Shown: in pieces, positions 1 through 9,046 of the stretch | Position numbering within the stretch: the first letter of the stretch is position 1 | Layout of the letters: every line of letters begins with the position of its first letter | Assembly: GCF_019464535.1 (NCBI RefSeq) | Contig: NZ_CP080507.1 | Span: 2,760,001-2,792,000, forward strand | Length of the DNA: 32,000 bases | Source: Horticoccus luteus | Lineage (GTDB): Bacteria; Verrucomicrobiota; Verrucomicrobiia; Opitutales; Opitutaceae | Reading direction: 5' to 3' | The notes under the pieces: model-generated | What the model saw: the letters and a program-made list of their open reading frames with translations, nothing else | Told to the model about the DNA's origin: nothing | Databases searched by the model: none | Program-made: the position numbers and the translations under genes

Positions 1-589
1 CCTCCGTGGGGTTCCCCACTTGGTAAAACTGCGCCAACATTATCGCCACTCGATAATTTTCGCGGTCGAGGCCATGCGCGACTGACAGCGCGCTGAGCGC
101 TTCCTTCACTTGCCCATGGGCGTAGTAATCGCGCGCCTGTTGAATGAAGAGCTGTGCTCTCACCGTCCGCAGTTCAGCCCACGCCGGCGGCCACACCACC
201 TGTCGCGGCGACACGTCATAACCGATCCACCGCATCACGCCGAACACCGTGATCGCCGCGGTCAAACCCAGGAGCGCGATCGTGCCGCCCACGTAGCCGA
301 AGACCCGCCCCCAAAAAGGCCGCACCTGCGCCGCCGCCACGCTGCAAACCCATCGGCCGGCGTCGTTTTGCTGCAACAGCGGGCAGACCCGTCGAAAACG
401 CGCCGGCCTCTGCCAATGGATCACCGCCTCACAGCCCGTCTCCAACGGCTTCCCCGAGTCGCTGGGATTCTGGCACGGACAGCCTCCGCTTCCACGCTTG
501 AGGCGATAGATCGTCTTGCGCGTATTCCAATAGAACAACGCCCCCGCCATCCGGACCGAATCTCCGAGCCATTTTCTCACCCCTGGCAT
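1..589 (-). CDS. Membrane protein with Cys-rich N-terminus and TPR-like C-terminal repeats; partial, 3' end runs off the left window edge
   Basis: Not in the supplied track (no stop codon inside the window). My translation of the minus strand from the ATG (complement of 587..589) gives MPGVRKWLGDSVRMAGALFYWNTRKTIYRLKRGSGGCPCQNPSDSGKPLETGCEAVIHWQRPARFRRVCPLLQQNDAGRWVC... It continues with a hydrophobic segment FGYVGGTIALLGLTAAITVFGVM and then TPR-like ARDYYAHGQVKEALSALSVAHGLDRENYRVAIMLAQFY. The frame is open to base 1. Confidence 0.6.
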   Translation of the reverse strand, partial: MPGVRKWLGDSVRMAGALFYWNTRKTIYRLKRGSGGCPCQNPSDSGKPLETGCEAVIHWQRPARFRRVCPLLQQNDAGRWVCSVAAAQVRPFWGRVFGYVGGTIALLGLTAAITVFGVMRWIGYDVSPRQVVWPPAWAELRTVRAQLFIQQARDYYAHGQVKEALSALSVAHGLDRENYRVAIMLAQFYQVGNPTE

Positions 590-653
590 GAACCGGGTGA
601 AAAGGAATTGAAGCAAGTTAACTCACTTCAACCCGCATCATTCGTTCCGTCGC

Positions 654-935
654 CTACGCGTCGAAGCGGCGCGGCTTCGTTTTATCCGCCGGCTCCGCGA
701 ACGAGCGCGTGAAAAAATCCTGCGCCGCCGTCATCAACTTGGCGTATTTATTATAATCGCCCGCCCACGAATTCGGCAGACACACGCGTTTGATCACGCC
801 CTGCCCGACCTTGTCGGCGGCCGCCAGATCAGGCGCGATCTCCATCGCAAACGTCGGATCGAGCGTGTGCACCACATAGTGCCGTTCACCGTCCTTCCGG
901 TCGTGCTGCACGCGCAAAAAAGCACTGACGTTCAT
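654..935 (-). CDS. Small hypothetical protein (93 aa)
   Basis: C-terminal part of track ORF 654..1736. Only the part from the internal ATG (complement 933..935) looks protein-like: MNVSAFLRVQHDRKDGERHYVVHTLDPTFAMEIAPDLAAADKVGQGVIKRVCLPNSWAGDYNKYAKLMTAAQDFF... The upstream extension is Gly/Arg/Glu-rich and antisense to the 1062..2546 gene. It lies 64 nt upstream of, and co-directional with, the TPR gene. I recognise no family. Confidence 0.55.
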   Translation of the reverse strand: MNVSAFLRVQHDRKDGERHYVVHTLDPTFAMEIAPDLAAADKVGQGVIKRVCLPNSWAGDYNKYAKLMTAAQDFFTRSFAEPADKTKPRRFDA

Positions 936-1061
936 TGTCCGCAGCCTGCCCCTCTCACCCGTGGTGGCAAACGCCAAACGCACGCCGCGCACTCCAAGGT
1001 TGAAAACCGCTCCCGCGCACCGCACAAACTCCGCCGCCGTATCTGACTGCGCATCCGCCCC

Positions 1062-2546
1062 ATGTCGCTCCCCGATCAAGCCCCGCCCTTGCCGAAAACG
1101 TGGTTCTTCGTTGGCGATGCCGTGCTCGTCGCCACCGCTGCGCTCATCGCACATCTCGCCCCCGACCCCTTCGCCCACGGCCCCCTCATCGCCATTGTCG
1201 CCTGCGTGGTCACCGGCGTCTTCATCGCCGTCATCCCCGCCCTCGCCGAATACGCCCGCAAACAAGACGAGGCGCTCGACCAACGCCAGCGCTCGCTCGA
1301 AGCCCTCCTCGCCCACGTCACCACCTCCGCCGAACAAATCAGCATCGCCGCCACGACGCTCCACCAACTCACCGAGGTCTCGCAACGCAACCTCAAGCTC
1401 GCCGAACATCTCCCCCAGCGCCTGCACGAAAAGATCAACGAGTTTAACGCCCAGTTGACCCAGGCGCAGGACGATGAACGCGAGGAATTGGAGAAAGAGG
1501 TCGCCTCCCTGCGCGCCTCCGAGTCCGAAAAACTCGAGACCATCTCCGACAAAATTCACAAATCGGTCGCCGAATTTGCCCGCCTCGAAGCCACGGTGAA
1601 CAAACATCTCACCGCCGCCCGCACCGAACTCATCGAACGCACCGACGAAGCGCTCCGCCATCTCTCCTCCGCCACCACGTCCGCCCTCGCGGAGGCCGCG
1701 ACATCCACCGCCCAAGCCGTGCGCGACGCCCAGCACGTTCTCACCACCGAACTAGACCAACGCCTCGCTGCCGCCTGCGCCGCTCACGTCACTCGCGCCA
1801 CCGAAGCCATCGACCGCCATCTCGCCGCTTCACTCCCCAACCCGAACCCGCTCGCGGCGACGCCCGCCGCGCTCCCACCGGAGGCTCCGGAGCCCATTCC
1901 GGAAACGTCAGGCACCGCCGCCCCCCCGCCCGACCACACGCCCCCCGAACCGGAGCCCATCAATGTCGCCGCACCGCCTGCCTCCACTGCGGCGGCCCAG
2001 CCTCCATCCGACGCTGCTTCGCCATCCGTGACCGCCACTCTCGCCGAACAACCCTCCGCGGAAAACACCCCCGCAGCGGCGGCCGCCGACGAGGTTGCGA
2101 CAAACCTCCCGCCTCCACCCGCGCCGCAACTCCCGCGCAAACGCGCGCCCCGCAAACCCAAGGCCAGCGAGCCCAGCTTCGATCTCGGCCTCGACGATCT
2201 CGCGACCAGCGCTCCGGAGGAGCCTGCGTCCGACCCCGGCGAGCGGAGTTCAGCGGCCGAGTCGATCGAAGCCGCGCTCTCCTCCGATGGTGCCACGCGC
2301 CTGCTCGTCACCGCATATATCGGCATCGGCAATAAACTCTTCCTCCGCGGCGATGGCCCTGGACTGAGCTGGGAAAAAGGCGTGCCTCTTCAATTCGTTT
2401 CCATCGGCAAATGGCGTTGGGAAACCAACGACGCCGCGACGCCCGTCCGCGGCCGCCTCTTCAAAAACGACGAAATAGAATGCTCCGCGCTCGGCGAAAT
2501 CGCCGTTGAACCCGGCCAGCAGCGCGAAGTCTCCGCCACGTTTTAG
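1062..2546 (+). CDS. Membrane-anchored coiled-coil protein with Pro/Ala-rich linker and small C-terminal beta-sandwich-like domain (hypothetical)
   Basis: 494-aa ORF with an ATG start at 1062. It has two N-terminal hydrophobic segments (WFFVGDAVLVATAALIAHL, LIAIVACVVTGVFIAVIPAL). About 200 aa follow with heptad-like, charged, Ala/Glu/Leu-rich sequence. Next comes a Pro-rich low-complexity stretch (PPEAPEPIPETSGTAAPPPDHTPPEPEP...). The C-terminus is LLVTAYIGIGNKLFLRGDGPGLSWEKGVPLQFVSIGKWRWETN...RLFKNDEI, reminiscent of CBM/E-set glycan-binding modules. Confidence 0.75.
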   Translation: MSLPDQAPPLPKTWFFVGDAVLVATAALIAHLAPDPFAHGPLIAIVACVVTGVFIAVIPALAEYARKQDEALDQRQRSLEALLAHVTTSAEQISIAATTLHQLTEVSQRNLKLAEHLPQRLHEKINEFNAQLTQAQDDEREELEKEVASLRASESEKLETISDKIHKSVAEFARLEATVNKHLTAARTELIERTDEALRHLSSATTSALAEAATSTAQAVRDAQHVLTTELDQRLAAACAAHVTRATEAIDRHLAASLPNPNPLAATPAALPPEAPEPIPETSGTAAPPPDHTPPEPEPINVAAPPASTAAAQPPSDAASPSVTATLAEQPSAENTPAAAAADEVATNLPPPPAPQLPRKRAPRKPKASEPSFDLGLDDLATSAPEEPASDPGERSSAAESIEAALSSDGATRLLVTAYIGIGNKLFLRGDGPGLSWEKGVPLQFVSIGKWRWETNDAATPVRGRLFKNDEIECSALGEIAVEPGQQREVSATF

Positions 2547-2653
2547 TCCTCACGCCGGCGCTCGAGACGGCGCCGCCCCCGCTCGACGCCGCACCCGCGA
2601 CGCCGAGCCAACATCCTCAAGGAGCGGGCGCTCGCGCGCCCCGTCGCGGCCCG

Positions 2654-4609
2654 TTACCGCCGCACCGCCGCGTAGGCCTCACGCACCGCGTCCAACGCCG
2701 GCTTCGGATGAAACGGATACGCAATATACGCATCCGACATTTGCGGCCAGCTATCCGCCAGGTTCCACAGGAAGATGCCCCAACACGTCGGCTGCGCCTC
2801 GTAGAATTCCACCCAAAACTTCGATGCTTCCGCCTGAAGTTTTTGTGATTTCTCGATGAGGTCTTCCAGCGACTTCGGTTCCTCCCAACCACGCGCCGCC
2901 ACACTCTCCCAGATCGTGCGATAACGTCCGTTGCGATCCAGCCGCCACGTATCTGAACCGTGCGTGAGATACTCCTCGTTCCACACCGGCCAGCGATTCT
3001 CCGGGGCGACGAATTTTTCGACGACCTCCATTGCCGGCATCGCGAGATGGCCGATCTCCGTCACCATGCGCGGCTTCACCTTGGAGTAGAAATCCGCCTT
3101 GTAGGAAAATCCGTGCGCCCACAAATGGCAGTCGCCCTCCGTCGGCACATTCTGGTCGTAGGTCAACGGCGAGTAAGGCGAGGTGGGCACGTAGGGCGTG
3201 GAGGGCGCATGCGTCTGCACTCCGTCCCGCAAAATCTGTTTGCTGAGTTTGTTATAACGATAGTCCGGGAAGTTGTAGCTGTTGTCCGCGAGCACATCGT
3301 TTTCGTTGTCGCCAAACCATGCCACCACGCAGGCGAAATGCCGCAGCCGGCGGACCTGAAACTCCGCCTCGCGCCGCGCTTCTTCCAAGAACGCCGCATC
3401 CTGTGGATAACACCCGCAGGCAAACATGAAGTCGTGCGTGATCAGGATCCCGAGTTCATCGCACTTTCGGTAAAACGAATCGTGCTCGTAGATTCCCCCG
3501 CCCCACACCCGCATTGCATTGATGTTCGCTCCCTTCGCCGCCGCGAGCAGTTGATCGTAACGCGCCTCGTCGATCCGCGCGAACACGCCGTCCGCCGGCG
3601 TCCAGTTCATGCCTTTGAGAAAAATCTTCTTCCCGTTGATCGCGATGATGAACGAAATCCCGCCGTCGGCATCCGGCTCCTGGATCAGCTTCACCGTGCG
3701 CACGCCAAACCGGCCGCTCCGTTGATCGAGGTCGCGGCCGCCCCGGCGCACTTTCGCGCTCCAGTCATACAACGGCTGCGCGCCGTGATTGTGCGGCCAC
3801 CAGAGTTTCGCGTTCGGAATCGTGAAACGCTCCACGTGGCGCCCCCCGCTCGGATCGTGCGCGATGACCAGACTGCGCGTCTGCCCCGCGACCGTCAGCT
3901 CGCACTCCACCGTGCCCGGCGCGCCGTGATTGTGCTGCAATTCCACGCGTGCCGTCACTTCGGCGGTGCCGTCGTGCAACGCCACCGTGTCGATAAACAC
4001 ATCCGCCAGCTCAACCGGCTCCGTCAGCACGAACGCCACCGGCTTCCAAATTCCGATCGTCACCAGGCGCGGTGAAATATTCCAGCCGTAGCACGACTGC
4101 GATTTGCGCACATGCAACCGCACCGGCGGACCGTAGCCCCGCACGCCCGGTTGCCGCAGGTCCCGGCCCGGCGGAAACGCCGGTGCCCCCAGGCACACCT
4201 CGAGCAGGTTTTTCCCCGGTTTCACGTGATCGGTCACGTCCACGCGCAACGGCGTAAACATGTTCTGATGCCGGCCGATTTCCTTTCCGTTGAGCAGCAC
4301 CGTCGCGAACACGTCCAACCCTTCGAACAGCAAATGCAGCCGCCGCCCTTCCGGCACCGCCGGCGGCGTGATTTCCGTGCGATACCACCAGTCCATCTCC
4401 TCCATCCAGCGAATGTTGTCGTGGTTCGTGCCGAAATACGGATCTGGAATCTTGCCCGCACGGAGGTAATCGAGATGCACGTCGCCGGGCACCTGCGCCT
4501 CGATCCAGCGCTCGGCGAGAGGCAGTGCGGAGCAACCAGCGGTCGCCCCCAGTTCAGGTTCGGCATGCATCACTTGCCACGCCGCATTCAAGGGAAGGGA
4601 TTGTTTCAT
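2654..4609 (-). CDS. Glycoside hydrolase family 2 protein (beta-mannosidase / exo-beta-glucosaminidase-like)
   Basis: 651-aa ORF with an ATG at the complement of 4607..4609. The N-terminus has the GH2 sugar-binding pattern (WIEAQVPGDVHLDYLRAGKIPDPYFGTNHDNIRWMEEMDWWYRTEI). A TIM-barrel region follows with NAMRVWGGGIYE, WFGDNENDV (acid/base NE) and MVTEIGH (nucleophile-type E). Confidence 0.85.
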   Translation of the reverse strand: MKQSLPLNAAWQVMHAEPELGATAGCSALPLAERWIEAQVPGDVHLDYLRAGKIPDPYFGTNHDNIRWMEEMDWWYRTEITPPAVPEGRRLHLLFEGLDVFATVLLNGKEIGRHQNMFTPLRVDVTDHVKPGKNLLEVCLGAPAFPPGRDLRQPGVRGYGPPVRLHVRKSQSCYGWNISPRLVTIGIWKPVAFVLTEPVELADVFIDTVALHDGTAEVTARVELQHNHGAPGTVECELTVAGQTRSLVIAHDPSGGRHVERFTIPNAKLWWPHNHGAQPLYDWSAKVRRGGRDLDQRSGRFGVRTVKLIQEPDADGGISFIIAINGKKIFLKGMNWTPADGVFARIDEARYDQLLAAAKGANINAMRVWGGGIYEHDSFYRKCDELGILITHDFMFACGCYPQDAAFLEEARREAEFQVRRLRHFACVVAWFGDNENDVLADNSYNFPDYRYNKLSKQILRDGVQTHAPSTPYVPTSPYSPLTYDQNVPTEGDCHLWAHGFSYKADFYSKVKPRMVTEIGHLAMPAMEVVEKFVAPENRWPVWNEEYLTHGSDTWRLDRNGRYRTIWESVAARGWEEPKSLEDLIEKSQKLQAEASKFWVEFYEAQPTCWGIFLWNLADSWPQMSDAYIAYPFHPKPALDAVREAYAAVRR

Positions 4610-4630
4610 GGGGAAAATTCTTCTGGGACG

Positions 4631-5854
4631 TTAATTTTTGAGCATCCGCACCCGCCGGTCGCGCCGCGGCAGGTGAATCGTCACCACCGTGCCGATGCCC
4701 TCTTTGCTCTCGATGCCGATCTGGCCGCCATGCTCGTGCAGGATGCGCTGCACGATCATCAGCCCCAGACCGTGCCCGCCAGACTTCGTCGTGTGATACG
4801 GCTGAAACAGCCGCGTCAAATCGTCCTGTTTGATCCCCGCACCGGAGTCGGCGAACGCGAGATGCACATTCTCGTCGTCCGCCCACGAGCGGATTTTGAG
4901 CCGCCCACCCGGCTGCATCGCTTCCGCCGCGTTCTTCACGAGATTGAAAAACACCTGCTTCACCTGGTCGCGATCCGCCATCACCACCGGCAACTCCGCC
5001 TCCGTCTCCACCTCGACCGCGATCCCGCGATCCGCGAGTTCGCGGTGCTGAAACGTCAGCACCTCGTCGAGCAACTCCGCGAGGCGCACCTCACCCAGAT
5101 TCGGTGGCCGCGGACGAATCGCCTCGAGGAAATTCGTGATGATCCCATCCAGCCGCTTCACTTCATCGCGACACACCTGAATCGACTGCGCGATCGACTC
5201 CGTCTCACGCTCCGCGGCGCGCAATTTTTTCAATTTCCGCTCCACGAGCTGCAGGTGAATCGTGAGCGAATTGAGCGGGTTGCCCAATTCGTGCGCCACT
5301 CCGCCCGCCAGCAGCAAAACCGACGACGTCCGCTCCGATTCAATCCGCGCCTCCGTCGACTGCTTCTCCCGCGTGATGTCCGACAAGATCACCGCAAACC
5401 GCCGGTTCGCGGCGCGCAAATCCTGGCGAAACGGCACCATGTAAAGCCGCACCGTGCGCGGCTCCGGATAAGTTAACTCGAACTCCCGCGCCACGATCGG
5501 CAGCGCCGCCGGTGCCTCCGCGTCCATTCCAGCCAACGAGGGACGCAGACCAGGCATCAGCCGCCACAACGTTTCGCCCACCAACTCCACACCCAATCCG
5601 ATCAAGCGCTGTGCGGCGGCATTGGCATACTCGATTTCGCCCTCCTCGCTGATGACGAGGACGCCCTCTTGCAACACGTTGAAAATGTCTTCGAACAGCT
5701 CGCGCTGGCGCACCAACCGCTGCACGAGATTCGCCAGATTCACCGAGTCCAGCGTATCGAGCCGGCCGAGCACGCGATCGAGCGAAGAGTGCTTGCGGGG
5801 GGGCATTCGGGCACTACTGGCAAAACCCGGGCGCTCGTCAACCATCGCAGCCAA
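4631..5854 (-). CDS. Cytoplasmic PAS-domain sensor histidine kinase (NtrB/AtoS-like)
   Basis: 407-aa ORF. PAS-like: LFEDIFNVLQEGVLVISEEGEIEYANAAAQRLIGL. H-box: GGVAHELGNPLNSL. HATPase_c N/G boxes: FFNLVKNAAEAM, DSGAGI, GGHGLGL. The track start is a TTG (complement 5852..5854) and an ATG lies 3 codons downstream (5843..5845). No response regulator gene is in the window. Confidence 0.85.
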   Translation of the reverse strand: MAAMVDERPGFASSARMPPRKHSSLDRVLGRLDTLDSVNLANLVQRLVRQRELFEDIFNVLQEGVLVISEEGEIEYANAAAQRLIGLGVELVGETLWRLMPGLRPSLAGMDAEAPAALPIVAREFELTYPEPRTVRLYMVPFRQDLRAANRRFAVILSDITREKQSTEARIESERTSSVLLLAGGVAHELGNPLNSLTIHLQLVERKLKKLRAAERETESIAQSIQVCRDEVKRLDGIITNFLEAIRPRPPNLGEVRLAELLDEVLTFQHRELADRGIAVEVETEAELPVVMADRDQVKQVFFNLVKNAAEAMQPGGRLKIRSWADDENVHLAFADSGAGIKQDDLTRLFQPYHTTKSGGHGLGLMIVQRILHEHGGQIGIESKEGIGTVVTIHLPRRDRRVRMLKN

Positions 5855-8800
5855 TCAGCGCTCCGCGCGCACCCACGCTCCCGTCGCCGGCACCTCGCAC
5901 GCATCGCCTGCGCCCATGCCAACCACCCAAAGTTCTGTGTCCGCGCCCAGCCAATCCGCCGCCGGCGCTTCCGCGAGTTCGAACCAGTCGTCGCCCGCCG
6001 CTCGCACTTGGCCGACGTGTTTCCCCTCCGCGCTCATCAACGTCGCTCCGCGGTAAGCGTTCGCCCGGATGAAATTCGTTTTCATGCGCACCCTTTTTCC
6101 CGCAATGCCGTCCGCCTGGCCCAATCCCAGCCGGACGTCATCCTTCAACGTCAGAACAACGTCGCCGCCCGCGCGCTTCGCCCCGACGACGGTGTTCGCC
6201 AGCCGCCGGCCCGCGCCAAAACTCACGATCCGCCCAGCGAGATCCGCCACTCCGACTTGCTGGCTCGCGTCCGTCCCGCGCACCCGCACGTCTCCCGTCT
6301 TTACGTCGACTGCCATGACTTCGCCGGTCCACCCGCGAGCCACCACGCGCGGTCCACCATCCATCTGCGCGCTCGTCCCATCGGCCAGCCACAGCCGCGT
6401 CCAACCCAACTTCTTCGTCAAGGTGCCGACGACCACGCGCGCGTCGCTGGTGAGACAATGTTCGCCAACGCTCATTTGTTTCCGCGTCCCTGGCTCGCCC
6501 ACGAGAATGACATCGGTTTCGCCGTTTGCCCGCTGCACTTTCACGCCCACGCCGTTCGGCAGTTCGATCCGCTCCGCGGCGGTGATGGACGGCGTGCTCT
6601 CGAATGGTTCGATCACGCTCACAAAACGACTCGTCACAGCGCGCGCGCCTGGCCCCGCCGGTTTGTTTCGCATGATCGCATAGTGCAACACCTGCGGCCA
6701 CTTCACCGGCGACACGCGCGCCTGCGCGAGGATTACGTCCTGTCCGTCGCCCGCCAAGAGACGGATGCGAACGCACGCCGCCGCCGATTTTTCGTGTGTA
6801 TAGTCCAGCACAGCCTCGCCAGCGCGCAGCCGTTGCACGTGCGTCAGATATTGAAAACCCGAACCCATGTAGTCCGCGTAACCGCCTTTGTAACCTTTCG
6901 CACCCAGCACCGGATCATCGTAGATCTCACCCACTGCGACGTCCTCCCCCGCCAGCGTGCCGCGCGCCGGCTCCGTCCAGCTTCCGCCCGCCAACGCGAA
7001 TGTCCCCGGCGGCCCGTGCAGGCTGTAATCGTGTTGCCGCCCGCCACGCACATCGAACACGTCCACCAGATAACTGTGCGTCGCATCCGCATCGACCATC
7101 ACGGTCGTGCGGCGGTAAACGTCGCATTGCGGATACGTGCCCGGCGCGCTCACCGCCACTGCCCTCGCCCAGCCCCCATCCGCCTGCAATTCAACCACGC
7201 CCGCGACATTCCCCGGCGCCTTCGCGGCATCCACCGTCACCGTGTTGTGCGAGATTGTGTTGATCGACCACGCGTAAAGACCTGGCACCATTTCGTTCAT
7301 CCCATCGGGGTAACCCAGGTCCGGCAACAACGGCTGCCCCTCGGCAAACAGTTCCAGGTTGAGCCGGTCGTAATGAAAATGGGTCACGTGCAATCCGTGA
7401 TAGAGCGACAGCCCGATCGTGTCCGCCGCGTTGTTCAGTAAACTCACGCCGTAGCCTGAAATCAGCCGCGACGCTTGCGGCGGCATCACGCGCCCACCGC
7501 TGCCGCCCCTCGCTGGCGACGCGATCACGGGATGCAACAGCGACTCAAACGTCTTGAATCCCGCCGCGCCGCCCGCCCCTGTGCCCGCCAAAAAACGGGC
7601 GAAACGCGGCTCTCGATACGTGCGATATCCCCACTGGTACGCCGCGGTGTTTTCTTCAGCGATTCCCCCGTAAACCGTGCCGGTGTCGCCAATCGTCGGC
7701 GTGAAATTCCCCACGGCGATCAAATCGAGCGGTGCATCGAGCAAGCGCCGCAGCCGCGGCATTTCCACCGCCGTGCGCCCCAGCTTCGGCAGCAGGCCCG
7801 CCACTGCGGTCAGATTGCTGATCCACGTCGCGTTATAGTCCGGGGATTCATACGGCTGCCCGTCCTGCCAGATCAGATTATAGAGTGCGAACCGCAGCCC
7901 CAGATACATCGTGCCATCCGGCCGATCGAGGACGTCGCGCACATAACGGGCGTTGTCGCCATGCTGCCGCACCGTCGCCAGCACCAGCAGCGAGCGCTGA
8001 TGCATCCCGTAGTTTCCGCGAGTTTTTTTGGAGTAGTAGGCATCGATGCCCTCCTCCAGAAGATTGGCGTCGATCAACGCCCGCAGGTCGCGCCCATTTT
8101 TTCCGTATAATTTCTGCAGCGCCGCGTCGCCGTCGATCGTCGGCCAGATCGCGTCGTAACATTCCGCAAATTGCGCCACGAGATACGACTCCCAGATCGC
8201 ATTCACCACCTTGCCGACGTAGCGCTCATGATGTTGCGCCGCCAGAATCTCGCCGTAGCGCGACTGGCTCTCGTAATCCATCGCCGGGTAAACTTCCGCG
8301 ATCCGCGCCAGCAACACCGCGGCCTTGTGCGCGTAAACCTCTTCGCCGGTCAGCAGGTAAGTTCGCCCCAGCGACTCCGCCGCCTTGATCAACGCGTGGT
8401 GGTCCGCTTGCGGATGCCAATACCACGTCCAATGGTTCGCGTGCGCCACGAACCAGTAGCGCTCGCCCGTCGGGCTCACCCAGCCGCGTCCGTCGTCCAC
8501 ATACGGTCCGTTGAAATCGCTCCGATCCTTGAACCCGCTGCGATAAAATTTGCCGTAATCATTGCTCGGATAGCTCTCGCCGCCGATCGGACACGTCACC
8601 TTGAACGGCTGCTTCGGATCGATGATCCACGGATACGTGCTCTGCGTGACCTCAAAGATTTTCTTCCCGTGCACCGGGCAGCCTTCCGTCGAGCAATCGA
8701 AAGCCCGTGGCACTTCCGCGCTCGTGACGACGTCCCGCAGCGCCTCGTCCGACCACGCCGCCCAATAGTCCGCCTCCTTCTTCAACTCCGCCGCCACCGC

Positions 8801-9046
8801 CTGCGCCGCCGGATAACGCGCCACGTTTTCCCGCGCCTGCGCAATCTCCGCTTCCGTAAAAAGCGTCCGCGCGTCCTTCAGCGGAAACGCCGGCGTGCGC
8901 ACCACCGCCGGCAGCACCACGCCCACCGGGAGCGGCGGCCGGGGCTCACCTTCCGCTTTCCAATCCGAAGCCGTATGCGCCGCCAGCGCAGCCGCGCCCG
9001 CTCCCAGCGCCGCACTCAGACCGAGGGTTCGGAGGATTCGGGCCAT
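5855..9046 (-). CDS. Secreted heparinase II/III-like (polysaccharide lyase-like) protein, about 1063 aa
   Basis: Track ORF 5855..9280. I place the start at the internal ATG (complement 9044..9046), which yields a signal peptide MARILRTLGLSAALGAGAAALAAHTA. An alpha/alpha-toroid-like region (HANHWTWYWHP..., YLLTGEEVYAHKAAVLLARIAEVYP) is followed by the Hepar_II_III-type motif LYHGLHVTHFHYDRLNLELFAEGQPLLPDLGYPD...ISHNTVTVD and a long beta-rich C-terminal extension. Confidence 0.8.
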   Translation of the reverse strand: MARILRTLGLSAALGAGAAALAAHTASDWKAEGEPRPPLPVGVVLPAVVRTPAFPLKDARTLFTEAEIAQARENVARYPAAQAVAAELKKEADYWAAWSDEALRDVVTSAEVPRAFDCSTEGCPVHGKKIFEVTQSTYPWIIDPKQPFKVTCPIGGESYPSNDYGKFYRSGFKDRSDFNGPYVDDGRGWVSPTGERYWFVAHANHWTWYWHPQADHHALIKAAESLGRTYLLTGEEVYAHKAAVLLARIAEVYPAMDYESQSRYGEILAAQHHERYVGKVVNAIWESYLVAQFAECYDAIWPTIDGDAALQKLYGKNGRDLRALIDANLLEEGIDAYYSKKTRGNYGMHQRSLLVLATVRQHGDNARYVRDVLDRPDGTMYLGLRFALYNLIWQDGQPYESPDYNATWISNLTAVAGLLPKLGRTAVEMPRLRRLLDAPLDLIAVGNFTPTIGDTGTVYGGIAEENTAAYQWGYRTYREPRFARFLAGTGAGGAAGFKTFESLLHPVIASPARGGSGGRVMPPQASRLISGYGVSLLNNAADTIGLSLYHGLHVTHFHYDRLNLELFAEGQPLLPDLGYPDGMNEMVPGLYAWSINTISHNTVTVDAAKAPGNVAGVVELQADGGWARAVAVSAPGTYPQCDVYRRTTVMVDADATHSYLVDVFDVRGGRQHDYSLHGPPGTFALAGGSWTEPARGTLAGEDVAVGEIYDDPVLGAKGYKGGYADYMGSGFQYLTHVQRLRAGEAVLDYTHEKSAAACVRIRLLAGDGQDVILAQARVSPVKWPQVLHYAIMRNKPAGPGARAVTSRFVSVIEPFESTPSITAAERIELPNGVGVKVQRANGETDVILVGEPGTRKQMSVGEHCLTSDARVVVGTLTKKLGWTRLWLADGTSAQMDGGPRVVARGWTGEVMAVDVKTGDVRVRGTDASQQVGVADLAGRIVSFGAGRRLANTVVGAKRAGGDVVLTLKDDVRLGLGQADGIAGKRVRMKTNFIRANAYRGATLMSAEGKHVGQVRAAGDDWFELAEAPAADWLGADTELWVVGMGAGDACEVPATGAWVRAER

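Noticed and set aside
110-712. 200-aa plus-strand ORF at the left edge, and the 936..1736 upstream extension of the 654..1736 minus ORF.
   Set aside because: The plus ORF is Arg/Pro/His-rich and antisense to the Cys-rich/TPR gene that I translated by hand. The extension of the small gene is Gly/Glu/Arg-rich and antisense to the 1062..2546 gene. Only the last 93 codons look real.
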